DNA from: Calcarisporiella thermophila CBS 279.70
Lineage: Eukaryota; Fungi; Calcarisporiellomycota
Length of the DNA stretch: 64,000 nt
NCBI RefSeq assembly: GCF_041956535.1
Contig: NW_027192209.1
Location: 12,092 to 76,091 of the forward strand
Reading direction: 5' to 3'
Shown here: piece by piece, positions 1-13,494 of the stretch
How the letters are laid out: each line of letters begins with the position of its first letter
Numbering within the stretch: position 1 is the first letter of the stretch
Notes under the pieces: model-generated
Database searches by the model: none
Seen by the model: only the letters and a program-made list of their open reading frames with translations
What the model was told of the DNA's origin: nothing
Made by a program: the position numbers and the translations under genes

Positions 1-3000
1 TGCCGACCTCCTTGGCGACTCGAGTGACCTCTGCAGCAAATGTGCGCAGTTTTTCCACCATGGAATTCACTGTGCTCTTGAGCTCTAGAATTTCACCTTG
101 AGCCTCGATATTGATCTTCTTGCTGAGATCTCCCGACGCAACCGCCTTAGTGACCTCAGCGATAGAACGCACCTGGCCAGTCAAGTTGGCAGCCATGATG
201 TTCACATTGTTGGTGAGATCCTTCCATGTGCCTGCGACATCCTTCACAACGGCCTGGCCACCAAGTTTGCCTTCGGTGCCGACCTCAAGTGCGACACGAG
301 TCACCTCCATGGCGAAGGTTCTCAGCTGGTCAACCATGGTATTGATGGTCTCCTTGAGCTCAGCAATCTCACCGCGCACCTCAACAGAGATCTTCTTGCT
401 CAAGTCGCCCATGGCCACTGCCTTGGTGACCTCTGCAATCGACCGCACTTGGTTTGTCAGGTTATCAGCCATGATGTTGACATTGTCTGTCAAATCTTTC
501 CACGTGCCAGCAACGTCATCCACCACGGCCTGGCCGCCCAGCTTACCATCGGTACCGACCTCCTTGGCTACGCGAGTGACCTCTGCGGCAAATGTACGCA
601 ATTTGTCCACCATGGAGTTGACCGTCTTACTCAAGTCGTGAATCTCTCCTTTGGCTTCAATGGCAATCTTCTTACTAAGATCACCCGATGCGACCGCCTT
701 GGTAACCTCAGCAATGGAGCGCACCTGACCAGTCAGGTTTGCAGCCATGGTATTCACATTGTTGGTGAGATCCTTCCATGTGCCTGCGACATCCTTCACT
801 ACGGCCTGGCCACCAAGCTTGCCTTCGGTACCGACCTCAAGTGCAACACGTGTCACCTCCATGGCGAAGGTTCTCAGCTGGTCAACCATGGTATTGATGG
901 TCTCCTTGAGATCCAAGGATCTCACCACTGACCTCCACGTTGATCTTCTTGCTCAGGTCGCCCATGGCCACGGCTTTGGTGACCTCTGCAATCGATCGTA
1001 CTTGGTTTGTCAGGTTATCTGCCATGATATTGACATTGTCAGTGAGATCCTTCCATGTGCCCGCGACGTCTTCGACTACGGCTTGGCCACCCAATTTTCC
1101 GTCGGTGCCGACCTCTTTCGCGACCCGGGTGACCTCGGCAGCAAACGTGCGTAGTTTGTCCACCATGGAGTTCACTGTTTTGCTGAGATCATGGATCTCG
1201 CCTTTGGCTTCGATATTGATTTTCTTGCTGAGGTCCCCTGAGGCAACCGCCTTGGTCACCGCGGCAATTGACCGCACTTGATCTGTCAAGTTAGCGGCCA
1301 TCATATTGACGTTGTTGGTGAGATCCTTCCAGGTGCCTGCGACATCCTTCACCACGGCCTGGCCTCCGAGCTTGCCCTCCGTACCGACATCGAGGGCGAC
1401 ACGAGTGACCTCTGTGGCAAAAGTCCGGAGCTGTTCCACCATCGTGTTGATGGTATCCTTCAAGTCGAGGATTTCGCCCTTGGCCTCGATCGAGATCTTC
1501 TTACTCAAATCGCCCGAAGCGACCGCTTTAGTCACTTCGGCGATGGAGCGCACCTGACCCGTCAGATTCGCTGCCATGATATTGACATTGTCGGTCAAAT
1601 CTTTCCAAGTGCCGGCGACATCCTCCACCACGGCTTGCCCACCGAGCTTGCCGTCGGTGCCTACCTCGCGGGCCACTCGAGTTACTTCGCCAGCGAATAT
1701 TCTCAATTTATCAACCTATTCATCAGATAGAGAGCAAAAATTAGCCGATCGCAGTCGGCCTCTCCAAGATGCGCTCGTCCCACATACCATAGTATTGATG
1801 GTCTCCTTTAGCTCCAAAATCTCTCCGGATACCTCTACGTCGACCTGTTTACTTAGATCGCCTTGAGCGACCGCTTTTGTCACCTCCGCTATGGATCTCA
1901 CTTGGTTGGTCAGATTCGCAGCCATCATGTTTACGTTGTCGGTCAGATCTTTCCAAGTGCCGCCCACATCCTTCACCACAGCCTGACCGCCGAGTTTACC
2001 CTCTGTGCCTACTTCACGTGCGACACGGGTGACTTCGCCAGCAAATATCCTCAGCTGTTGAACCTAAATAGAATAAATTCCATTCGATAAACCTGCCACT
2101 TCGGGAGAAACGGTGCGGGGAGAGGGGGGCATGCCTCGTCACACCTACCATGGTATTGATAGCCTCCTTCAATTCTAGCATTTCTCCATCCACAATCACA
2201 GTGACCTTCTGGCTTAGATCGCCCTGGGCAACTGCCTTACACACCGTTGCAATGTCACGCACTTGGTTGGTAAGGTTGTGAGCCATGATGTTCACATTAT
2301 CCGTGAGATCCTTCCAAGTGCCACCCATATCGCGTACCACAGCTTGACCGCCAAGTCTCCCCTCGGTACCCACTTCGAGTGATACTCGTGTCACCTCCAC
2401 TGCAAAGGTGCGCAACTGGTCCACCATGGTATTGATGGTCTCCTTGAGGTCGAGGATCTCGCCACTCGCCTCAATCGCGATCTTCTTGCTTAAATCACCC
2501 GATGCCACAGATTTACACACAGTCGAGATATCCCGCACTTGTACTGTCAGATTCGCAGCCATAGTATTGACATTATCGGTGAGGAGCTTCCACGTTCCAG
2601 CAACCCCAGGTACAATGGCCTGAGAGCCGAGTTTGCCCTCTGTCCCCACCTCGTGGGCCAAGCGTGTCACCTCAGACGCAAAAGAGTTGAGTTGGTCGAC
2701 TAACAATAGGTGAACCGCGTTAGGATTGGAACCAATTCAAATCCATGGTGGGCAGAAGCCAATACAAATAACTTAAGATATATATATATATATTTACCCA
2801 TAGTATTGATGGTGTTCTTCAAAACAAGCGTTTGTCCTTTTGCATCTACGGTCACCTTCTTTGACAAATCGCCATGGGCCACGGCCATAGACACCTGGGT
2901 GATATCTCGCACCTGTTCCATGTGGTGAACACTGTAGGAATTGACCGCGTCCACAATGTCTTTCCACCGGCCAGAACAGTAGTCCACCTCGATCTGCTCG

Positions 3001-3800
3001 CCAAGTTTACCCTCCAGCACAACATTCTGCAAAACATGCCGCATTTTGGAGGTGAGTTCGGATAGGTGGTCGGCCATTGCATTCATGGCAGTCTGAAGGG
3101 CAAGTGCTGAGTCGGATGCGTGAGGGCAAGAGATGCGCTGCGAGAAATCACCATGCAAAATAGCCGTGACCACACGGGTGCATTGGGCGACACAGTCCAC
3201 GCAGAGGTCCTGGGGCGTCTCGGGGGGAGACACCGGGACCGCCGACCATATGGTCGCCTCGGGGGCCGATGTGACGTTGAAATGGGGGTGGGGGCGGGGG
3301 GTGGGGATTTCTTTGAGCATTGAGGAAGGGCAGACGGGTGGCTCCTCCTCTGACGTCGAGGCGGGGGTTACCACATCGTTGGAATGGTTGGAGGTGGAGA
3401 ACTGGGCGTTGGGCATCTCCGTGTGTTGAGGATGAGACATGTTGAGGACAGGGGGTTTGAACGTATCCAGCGGTAAGGAGTAGTTCACGTTGTTCGGAGG
3501 CTGGCTTGGGATGTAATCGTGATTTCGCTTAATACTGCCCGTATTATTTTCATGGGGGAGATATGGGGCGGCTGCCCCCTGCGCTTCCGATGCGCCGGGT
3601 ATGAGGCCGGCATCCAAGGCCAGGCGCTTGTAATAGGCTAGCTCTTCTTCTAGTTGTATTTGTCGTTTTACACACGATTCCAGTGCGGAATCAATTGCAT
3701 CGGTCGCGTCATTATGGGGGCCAGTAAAGCGTTTCTGCGAATAGTATTGGGTGTCGCCATCGCCAAGATGGCAGAGCACATCATGTAAATATTGCAGCAT
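1..3800 (-). CDS. NIK1: Group III hybrid histidine kinase (Nik1/Os-1 type), N-terminal poly-HAMP part; 3' end lies outside the window; apparent +1 frameshift at ~913-918
   Basis: At least 10 tandem ~92-aa repeats (EVTRVAxEVGTxGKLGGQAxVxDVxGTWKDLTxNVNxMAxNLTxQVRxIAxVTKAVAxGDLSKKI). Introns at 2797-2700, ~2148-2064 and ~1787-1716. Likely ATG at 3800 (MLQYLHDVL). Kinase and receiver domains are not visible here. Confidence 0.9.
201..910. repeat. Near-identical DNA copies within the HAMP array, 552-bp period (two HAMP repeats)
   Basis: 201-358 vs 753-910 differ at about 5 of 158 nt, all synonymous by my reading. Confidence 0.9.
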
Positions 3801-5343
3801 GAAGAGATTGGTGGGGTTGGAGGGATGAGAATGAAATCGGAACTGGAGATTAGAGGCACTCGATTCACGTGAATTGAGAGAAGGAGATCGGGGACTACTT
3901 CTTAGGCCTAGAAACGAGGTAGAGTTGGATGATCTCAGGGAGAGAGCACCAAAACTTTGACTAAATTGGGGGTCCACCGTGACGAAGCAAGCTATGTTAT
4001 AAGGAGATGGGGTGAATGTTAGGAGGGGTTCATCAAGAAGGGGAGGAAAAGTGACGGAAAGTGGTCTACACACGCTATAGCAAATGAGTCCTAGTGAAGC
4101 AGAATTAGGGAACATGGAATCAAAATCACACCACACTAAAGGAACCTACCCTGAATTAGAACAATAAAGAGTCGGAAAGAGAAACCAGAGCACGAATTAT
4201 AGTAAAGATCATTTAATCATTAACTGTCGCAGCTAGATTTCAGGCATCCGTGATGGAAATAAAAAGTGAAGAAAAAAAAAGAGCGTTGGTTGGGAGTCCT
4301 AGGAATTAGGTTTGCAGGCTTAGGTTAGGTTACTTGGTAAAGAGCCCGGAAGCGTTCTATGAAGTCGGTGTGGGGGATGGAACTGAGCTATTTTAAACCA
4401 ATGTATATTGTGCTCTCTTCGCACACCAAGGATAACTAGAAAAAAAAGTGGGACACTAGCGCAGGCCAATTGTTTTAATAATGCAACTATGGTTACTGTT
4501 TCTCACTGCTAATCCCTTGAGCCTTAACCAGCCTTGCACCCATTTTCATCCAAACAGGGGGCCATACTAGACCATAAGCATCTTAGTAGAAACCATATAA
4601 ACTGAGATTCGAGAAGATTCCCCTCTCCTTGTGCTCAAGCTCTTCCTCAGTTGACACTGACCATGCCTGCAGCTAGTGTGCAAACGAATGAGTTCGTTTT
4701 CAGCACTACCTCTCGTTGGTTCGCCCTTTGCGGTCCTAGCATCAGTAATTAATCATCGGCATCAAGTCGATTTAAGGTAGCGGTGATTTGCCGCGCCCAA
4801 TCAGAGGAGAAGGGGGGGGGAAGGAGGGGAGGAGGGCCTTTACTATAAACCCTCTAGCATTGAATGCCCGCAAAGAGAAGGAGTGCTCCTGTTCCAATGT
4901 CATATATAACCTTCATTAGATGGTCTTGGGGAGGTTAGCGCTGGCAGGATTTTCTGGCAGCTGGCCAATGGGTCATGACATCATCGCGTTTAGCCGGATG
5001 CATTGTAATTCGCCATGTCTTCAAATTGCGGAGAAATTGGCTCAGGATTCTTGCTTGGTAATACACGTTCGTTGCCTGTTCCTGATTAGTGGAAATGCAT
5101 CATGCGCGAAACGCAACCTGCCTATGCAAGAGGACATATAATGGCCGACTTCTGCCTAATTTATTTGTATACAAGCAAAGAATGACGGAAAGGTGGGGGG
5201 AGGGCCCTCCCTGAAGAGGAGAACAAGCCCTCCTCCTCTTATTATGTAGAAAATAGGGGAATACGGATGGATAGAATGGTAACGAGATAAAAATAATAAA
5301 AATTAAACAATGGTACATGTACAAAAAGCATCTCCTTCCTTTC

Positions 5344-6711
5344 CTATGATACATCTTCCCTGTGCTTTAAGATCCAGGGGTGGGCCAGGACTTGATCGAG
5401 CGTCAGGCGCTTCTCGGGCTCATACCGCAGCAAACCCTCGATGAGATCTTTGGCATCGGCGCTCACGTACTCTGGCACGGTAAGCTCCACATTCCGGATC
5501 TTTTTATAGGTCGGTTCATAGCCCCTCAAGTCCTCAAACGGCGGCTTTCCGCACAAAAATTCATAGCACAAAACCCCTAAGCTCCACAGATCAACTCGTG
5601 CATCGTGGGAACGTCCCTCGACCATCTCCGGAGGAAGGTAGTCGAGCGTTCCGCACAATGTCTCGCGGCGGCGCTGATGATCTCGGCCGGTGTGAACCGA
5701 CCAGCCAAAGTCCGCAAGTTTGATGTTGCCTTTGGCATCGATTAGGAGATTTTCGGGTTTGATGTCGCGATGAATGACCTCCTTTCGGTGGAGATAGGCA
5801 AGGGCAGAAGCTATTTGGGCAATATACTGGTGGCAAGCGAGGAAATAAAATAGAGGGAGCGTTAGCAGGGGAGTTTTAGGTAGGGGTGATGGGAGAGGAA
5901 AGATCGCATACTCTGGCCGAACGTCTCTCCGAAAATCGCCCGTGCTTTTTCAATATCTTATAAACTTCGCCCTTGGCTCCGTACTCCAATATTAGAAAGA
6001 CTCGATGGTCATCGTTAAAATATCCGTACAGCCTCAAGATATTCGGATGCCTACAAAAGTCGGGATGCGCTGATTATAGCTATATCAACTGGGGAATCCA
6101 AAGTCGAAGCAGCCAATCACCTCAAATGAGCTTGAATTTCTATCTCGCGCTTTAGCTGGTCTCTTATATTACTCTGCTCAAGCTCACTTCGGAAGAGGAC
6201 CTTAAGAGCCACAATAAATCCGCTCTCCTTCTCCTTGGCCACGTAAACTCGCCCAAACTTGCCTTTACCTAAGGATTGACCGATCTCGAAATGGGAGAGT
6301 TTCCAGTGGTCTTTCCCATCAAAAAACCTTGAAAACAGAAGGTGGATAAGATTAGATTACAGCCTCAATAGTTGGGATATGAGAAGAAAGCTACGCATTC
6401 GACGAGTGAGACAGCGCGTCACTTTTTTGCTGAGTGGTTGTAGGTTTCAATGGATGGCTGGGCTTTGTCGGTTCCTTTTGTCTCTCTTTTTCGAGGTCAT
6501 TGGGGTTATTTGTGTTGCTTCGATTCTGATCCCTATTCTGAAATGAATACATTGGATTTGAATGTCAGACACAGCAGTGGTGGTTCGAAGAGGCGATGGA
6601 AATAGACGATAATACCTTGATCTCTTGTACGGATGGAGCACTATTCTCCTTTCCTCTCTTTTTATCACTGTGAAGCTGTAGACATGCAAGCTTGGATTCC
6701 ACGTTATCCAT
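5344..6711 (-). CDS. IPL1: Aurora kinase
   Basis: Spliced exons give [47 protein letters not shown] and [16 protein letters not shown]; N-terminal KEN box. Confidence 0.93.
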
Positions 6712-6897
6712 GGCTTCAGTGGAGTATCCGGTAAAGAGTATCTCCAATCCCTAAAGGTAACTTGCAAAATAAAAGTAGTCAAGGAAAAAAAAAAGAAACT
6801 TGCAAGAAAGAGAGAAAAAAATAAAGGTAAAATGGAACTCAATGCACGGAATATCCACCTGACGGAGCCCTATATAATTCAAGAATTTAGAAAGGAG

Positions 6898-6912
6898 ACG
6901 CGAAAAACGCGT
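6898..6912. promoter_or_regulatory. Tandem SCB/MCB-like boxes (ACGCGAAA, ACGCGT) upstream of Aurora kinase
   Basis: gACGCGAAAAACGCGT ~190 bp upstream of the ATG, in an AT-rich context. Confidence 0.4.
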
Positions 6913-7486
6913 AGTCAAATAAATTACTTGGAATGATGCGTTAAACCTAACCTAATGTCAATGGATCTTTCTGATCCTTGGTGTTCTTATCACCCCACTC
7001 TAGACGTTTTATTAAATAAGAGAAAGAGGCATAGGTGAACCATCTTAAGTAGGAAGAAAAAAAAAAGATTAATGAAAGTCGACTGCAAAAAAAAAAAACC
7101 ATCCAGAGCAAAAAGAAAAAAAAGGAACAAATGAAAAGATAAAAAGTCTTAAATCACAAAGAAAAAGTCTGACCATTTGCCATATCTAATAAGAACAAAA
7201 GTAAACAGCAAAAGAAAAGAAAAAAAAAAAATAAAAGGAAAAATGGGAAAGAGATAAGAAAAGAAAAATAAGTCAGCTAGGGCAGTTTGGTAACACATCA
7301 ACCAGTATAATTAGAAAGAAGAGAAGGATCTCTGTATGGATTCGAGAAAACCCAAATGCCTCTATACGTAGACTAACTTCACAACAACCACATCACAGAA
7401 AATAAGGTAAAATAAAAAAAAGAAAGGGAAGTGGGAGAAAAACGCGAAAAAAAAATATTGTGAAAAGGAAAAAAAAAAATCTTAAT

Positions 7487-8848
<1,362 letters not shown>

Positions 8849-9618
8849 GACGCGCCAAATTTAATAATAAGATCGAAATGCTATGTGTATAAAGTGAAGA
8901 GGAGAGAGAAAGAAAAAAGAGATCAGTCATCAATATTCAGAAATCGTGCCGATGCTGCATGAAGATAAGGCAGAGATATTCGATGGGGGGGGGAGACAAG
9001 CATCAAAGCACAAGCGCATAAATCACAACAAATACAGGGCCACGATCAGGATGATCCGATGGATCCAATCACCCATCTATCCGTAGGCCCTGCATATAAT
9101 CTAAAAGCCAAATCACGATCGCCATCGTTGATTCTAAAGCGTACCTTTGGGAAAGTGATGTGAGGGGTGGGGAAGGGGAGGGTTGGCGCTCCTTCTTCGT
9201 CGTCTGTCCTTCTCGATAGATTCACGCGTACGGTCCACCGAGAGTCATGCAAAGGGAGGAGGCAAGGGGGATGGAGGGATGGATGGATGGTTGGTTGGCA
9301 AAGAAGAGATGAGGGGTCTAAAGGATTGGGGGGGAAGAGGAATGCAGAAGATGAGATCAGCCACCCTGCAAGTGGCTTATTGAAGCAGAGTTCAAAATTC
9401 GACCACCTGAAGAATTCTTGACAACTTTAATAGAGAGCAGCTATGAATATGGCATTGGCAAGTAATTGTTCCGGACATTTTTTTTCCTGTATTTATTTCT
9501 TCGTTCGCCCCACTGTTCCGTAGTTTTCCCTTGCACTATCCATGTTTATTAAGTTTGTGTTAATATAATCTAAACATTTTTTTGCGCTCGTTTCACATTA
9601 TTAATTCGCAATTCGGGC

Positions 9619-10478
9619 ATGGCATTTCGACTCTCGATACCCGGCGTAGGGGCAACTCGTATCATACTACTGGAGACCTTGCGGCTACTGCATGTCCTCG
9701 TGTGTGTTTTTGCGCTCGCCGCTAATGTGCTAATCATTTGGGGAATGTCCACGACGTATGCGAAAGTCACTAATGACGAGGCCCGGGTATGTCTCGCCCT
9801 TTGCTGCCGCTTTTTCTAGATGGGCCCAATTCTAGAGCCCACCCATACCTCGGCCGAAATTAATCCGGCGGTCTTGATTTATTCTTCTCTTCTGCTCAAC
9901 TAGGTCAATATATGCTTCACGCTCATCCGGCACACGCTCTACGGCGTGCTTTGTGTGCTTCTAGGCGCATCCGACTTCAATCTTGCGCACGCCTTCATGG
10001 TGCAGTGGATCTCGTTCATCGACAAGGAGACCGAGCCGAGCTGGCTCTGGACGGGGAGTGGCCAGATAGTGTAAGTAGGGTGGAAGGCGAGGGGGGGGAG
10101 GGGGCGTGGCTGCTCTGAGCACCGCCACAGTGCAAACACAAGCTCACCATGCTGTCTGATCTCCTTGGTAGGCTGGGGGCGTTGATGGAGAGCTACGACA
10201 CCATCGTGTTCTCGATGACAGCGTTCGGCAGAAGGTAAGCGAGCGTTCCGAAAGGGGTGTGTCACCTTCTTAAACCAGCACTGTCTAGGTTGTACTTGTG
10301 GCCCTGTGCCACGGGCTTTTTCCTGATGGCGGTGGGAGGCGTGCACGTCGTGGTTGGCGCGCTGGACCACTTCCGGCTGACGGAGCTGAGGGACTCGCGC
10401 ACGCGCTACTGGGAGCGGTGCCTGATGCCGGCGGCGCTGGCGGCGGGCAAGGCGGAGCGGGAGGCGGCGGAAGCGTAG
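9619..10478 (+). CDS. Uncharacterised ~195-aa multi-pass (about 4 TM) membrane protein
   Basis: Four exons (~9619-9786, 9904-10070, ~10172-10233, ~10290-10478) join in frame through GT-AG introns and encode hydrophobic segments. Confidence 0.7.
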
Positions 10479-10826
10479 GCTCCGGGTTGGGCCGCGAGAA
10501 AACTCGGCGACAATTATTGACAAAAAAACGTGGGTCTTGTGATGTCTCTTGCGACTCGTGGTGCCGATCTCAGGGATTGCAGGCGTTGAGAAGAAGATTG
10601 AAACCCAGGCCAATCAGGAGCATGCTTCCATCAAACCTTTTATTACTCGCGAGCCAAACAATCGAACCCCTCGACCTATTTTTTTTTCTCAGTCCAAAAG
10701 TTTCTCTTCTCAAACCTACTTCCTCCTCTCGCTTTTTTACCATTGTTTGCTTTGCGCAATAAATCTCCCCTACCTGGCCCTCTCCCCATTGGATTCTCAT
10801 CCCCCGATCGCAAAATCCTAATCCCA

Positions 10827-13122
10827 ATGAATCCGGCGCACTGCTCCATTATCCTAGTGGATCCGGCGCGGCCGCCGCTCACGCCACAGCTGCCCGAGGA
10901 GCTCCTCCAACTCCTGCAATCGCTGTTCGCACAAGGTTTGTCAAACTGGCCTAACTTATTCTGTCCATATTGCGGCGTTTGATTTGACCTTTTGCTCAAC
11001 GCCGCTAGTGACCGTGTGTCATTCGGGCAAGGAGGCGCTCCAACTCATCCACAATCGCAAGCTTCGCCGCCCAATCCTGGTATTAGTGAACATCGATTCG
11101 CCCGGCGGCTATTCCCATGATCTTCTGCAGTTCCTGCATGGAAAGGCCGATCAGGGGATCATCCCATTCTTGTTCTCAAACCAGCGGTCAGACGAGATCA
11201 CAGCACGGCTCAAATCCTCAGAGACCATTCATTTTCTTTTGAAGCCGCTTGCTATAGAGACGGTCAGAAATCTGATTCTGGTGCGTCCACGATACGGTTG
11301 TGCATCGGTTTTGTCATGGAAATCTGACTCGCCTTTTTTTTTTTTGGATTTTCAGATGGCTTCTTCTTATTTCCCGTTAACTAATGAGAAATCAACTAGT
11401 GGTCAATCTCCGATTGTTAATGGAATGGAGTGGAGTCCGCTGCATCAAAAACTTGATGAATTATTTCGCAAGGAATCATTGTAGGCTGCCTATTCTTGGT
11501 TTGAGTATGCCTTCGCCATACTAAGCCCTTGTTCTTATACTGTATAGCATCGCCACTTCTTTAATCGACACCTACTTGTCATTTAATGCCTCATCCTCCC
11601 TGGTAAAATGCCCATGGTAATGCAAAACCCTTATTTATTTCCCCATTTGTCTGCTCACTGACCCATATTCTCTCTCCCCCCGAACGCCACTTAGCAACGA
11701 CAAGATACTGTTGGAGGAGCGGGATGAGTTTTTGCGTAAGAGCATATCCAAGTGGAACTTCAATCAACACGAACTCTCTGAACAAGATATGATCCGCTGC
11801 GCCTGTATTATCTTTGACGAGATCATGCGGCAATTTCCGCCCATCGCCATTCCTAAAGGTAGGCTCTCCCAGCTCATTTTCATCGCGTCCTCCCACCTCC
11901 CCACTTATCGTGTTGAATGCTAGATGCCATCCATCGATTTATCATCGTGGTGAAGAATGCGTATCCGCCAAACCAATACCATAATTTCGGCCACGCCCTG
12001 GATGTGCTGCAAGCGGTCTATTTCTCACTATGTAGTGTAGGTCTCTTGCGGTGGGCGAACCAGAGGGCGGAATCCGTCCGCCCAAACCGCTCTCTGCAAC
12101 GGCTAATTCGACCCAAGGACATTTTGGCCCTGGCCATCACCGCTCTAGGCCACGATATTGGGCATCCAGGAGTCAATAACTCTTATCTGGTAAGCCCGTT
12201 TTCGTCCCACCCAACGCTCTCCAGATTCGCCTGACTCACCCTCTTTCTCTGCTCCTCTTCCCAGCTATCAACAGGCAATCCCCTTGCGACCACGTTTGAA
12301 CACGGCTCCGCGCTGGAAAGCTTTCACTACTCCACCATATTTCATCTCTTGAAGAACTACGGCGGAGACATATTTAAGGCGGCCGCGGGCGAAAGCTGTG
12401 CATTTGATGAGCTCCGCGTCTTCATCTCGCACTCCATCCTCGCCACCGATTTGGCAGCCCATGAGGACTACATGAATACAATCAGGCCCCAGCTCTCTCG
12501 ATTACGCGAGGAGCTCCTGGGCAGACAGGCAGGGGCTGAGCTGGGGTGTGAGCAAGAGCAGCGAGAGCGGATCTTGCTCTGCGGCGCACTTATCAAGTGC
12601 TCGGACTTGAGCAGCTGCACACGACCGCTCCCCGTGCACGAAAAATCGCTCATGGCGTTGATGGAGGAGATGAGATTCCAGCGGCAGCTCGAGTGCATCC
12701 TGGGCGTGGAGACGACCCTGAAGACCGACCAACTTGACTCGCTCGCCGATTCGCAGGTGGATTTCTTGGGAAAGGTGGTTTTGCCGTTGTACGAATTCAT
12801 GGGTGACTTTTTCCCCGTGCTGGGGGTGGCCGTGCAGAATCTGCTCACCAACCTCCAGGCCTGGAAACGAAGGAGAGAAGTCGAGCTGACGGGCGAGGCC
12901 TCAGGCGAGGATCTCTCCCTGACCAAACTAGGGGGGGGTGAGTGTGGTGACGGCAGCTCATCCCCGTCATCTTCGCAAAGCTCGGCTCTCGCGTCGCTAA
13001 CGGCAGAAATGCGAAAAATCAAAGGCAGATGTGCGGACGGTGTGAGCGGAGAAAAAATATATAGAAGCGATGGGCCTACTCCGGAGCCATCCCATATCAG
13101 CGGGAAGTTCTTGGGATGCTAG
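10827..13122 (+). CDS. Class I cyclic-nucleotide phosphodiesterase with N-terminal receiver-like domain
   Basis: YHNFGHALDV, ALGHDIGHPGVNN, ILATDL, LIKCSDLS and SQVDF motifs. N-terminus has a REC pattern: IILVD..ILVLVNID..FS..FLLKP. Confidence 0.9.
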
Positions 13123-13494
13123 GGATCTTGGGCTAACTGCTCTGGTGACCTACTTTCCTCCTGTATAATATTAAAAGCTTGACTTCTCCCCCTTTTCTCG
13201 CTCTCTCCGTCCCCTCTTCTCTCGCTCTTTTGTGTATATGTTTGTACTATTTATAGATACCTTGTTCATTTTATTCTACACTTTTGTGCCATATGTTTCT
13301 TTATTCTCTTTTCATTTTTCACGGACAGATGTTACTAGTTACTTTAATTCGGCATGTTAATAAATTTTTGGTCACCATCAAACAACCAAAAAAATTGCCT
13401 TTTCAGGGAGTCGAGTCGAGAATGAGTGGCGCAGGATATCTTGTTAGTGTGAAGGAGAGTACGAACGGTAATTTTACAAAAGAAAACGTCGACC

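Noticed and set aside
1-1700. Regular 276-bp repeats as a CRISPR-like or satellite array
   Set aside because: They are in-frame protein repeats with synonymous divergence and no repeat-spacer structure.
98-1866. Long plus-strand ORFs (98-931, 111-641, 1278-1730 and others)
   Set aside because: They are antisense shadows of the repetitive, codon-biased HAMP exons and have no independent protein features.
6989-6998. Exact SRE-1 decamer ATCACCCCAC; also ATTGTACGAT at 36044-36053 near ERG7
   Set aside because: The first is not near a sterol gene and the second is a single imperfect match, so both are compatible with chance.
7050-7480. A-rich low-complexity tract; also (TA)n and (CA)n microsatellites at ~2778 and ~47575-47810
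   Set aside because: Ordinary U-rich 3' UTR, intron and simple-repeat sequence.
10655-10675. GGTTCGAT (minus strand) as a tRNA T-loop; similar site at ~36020
   Set aside because: No T-stem or cloverleaf pairing around either site.
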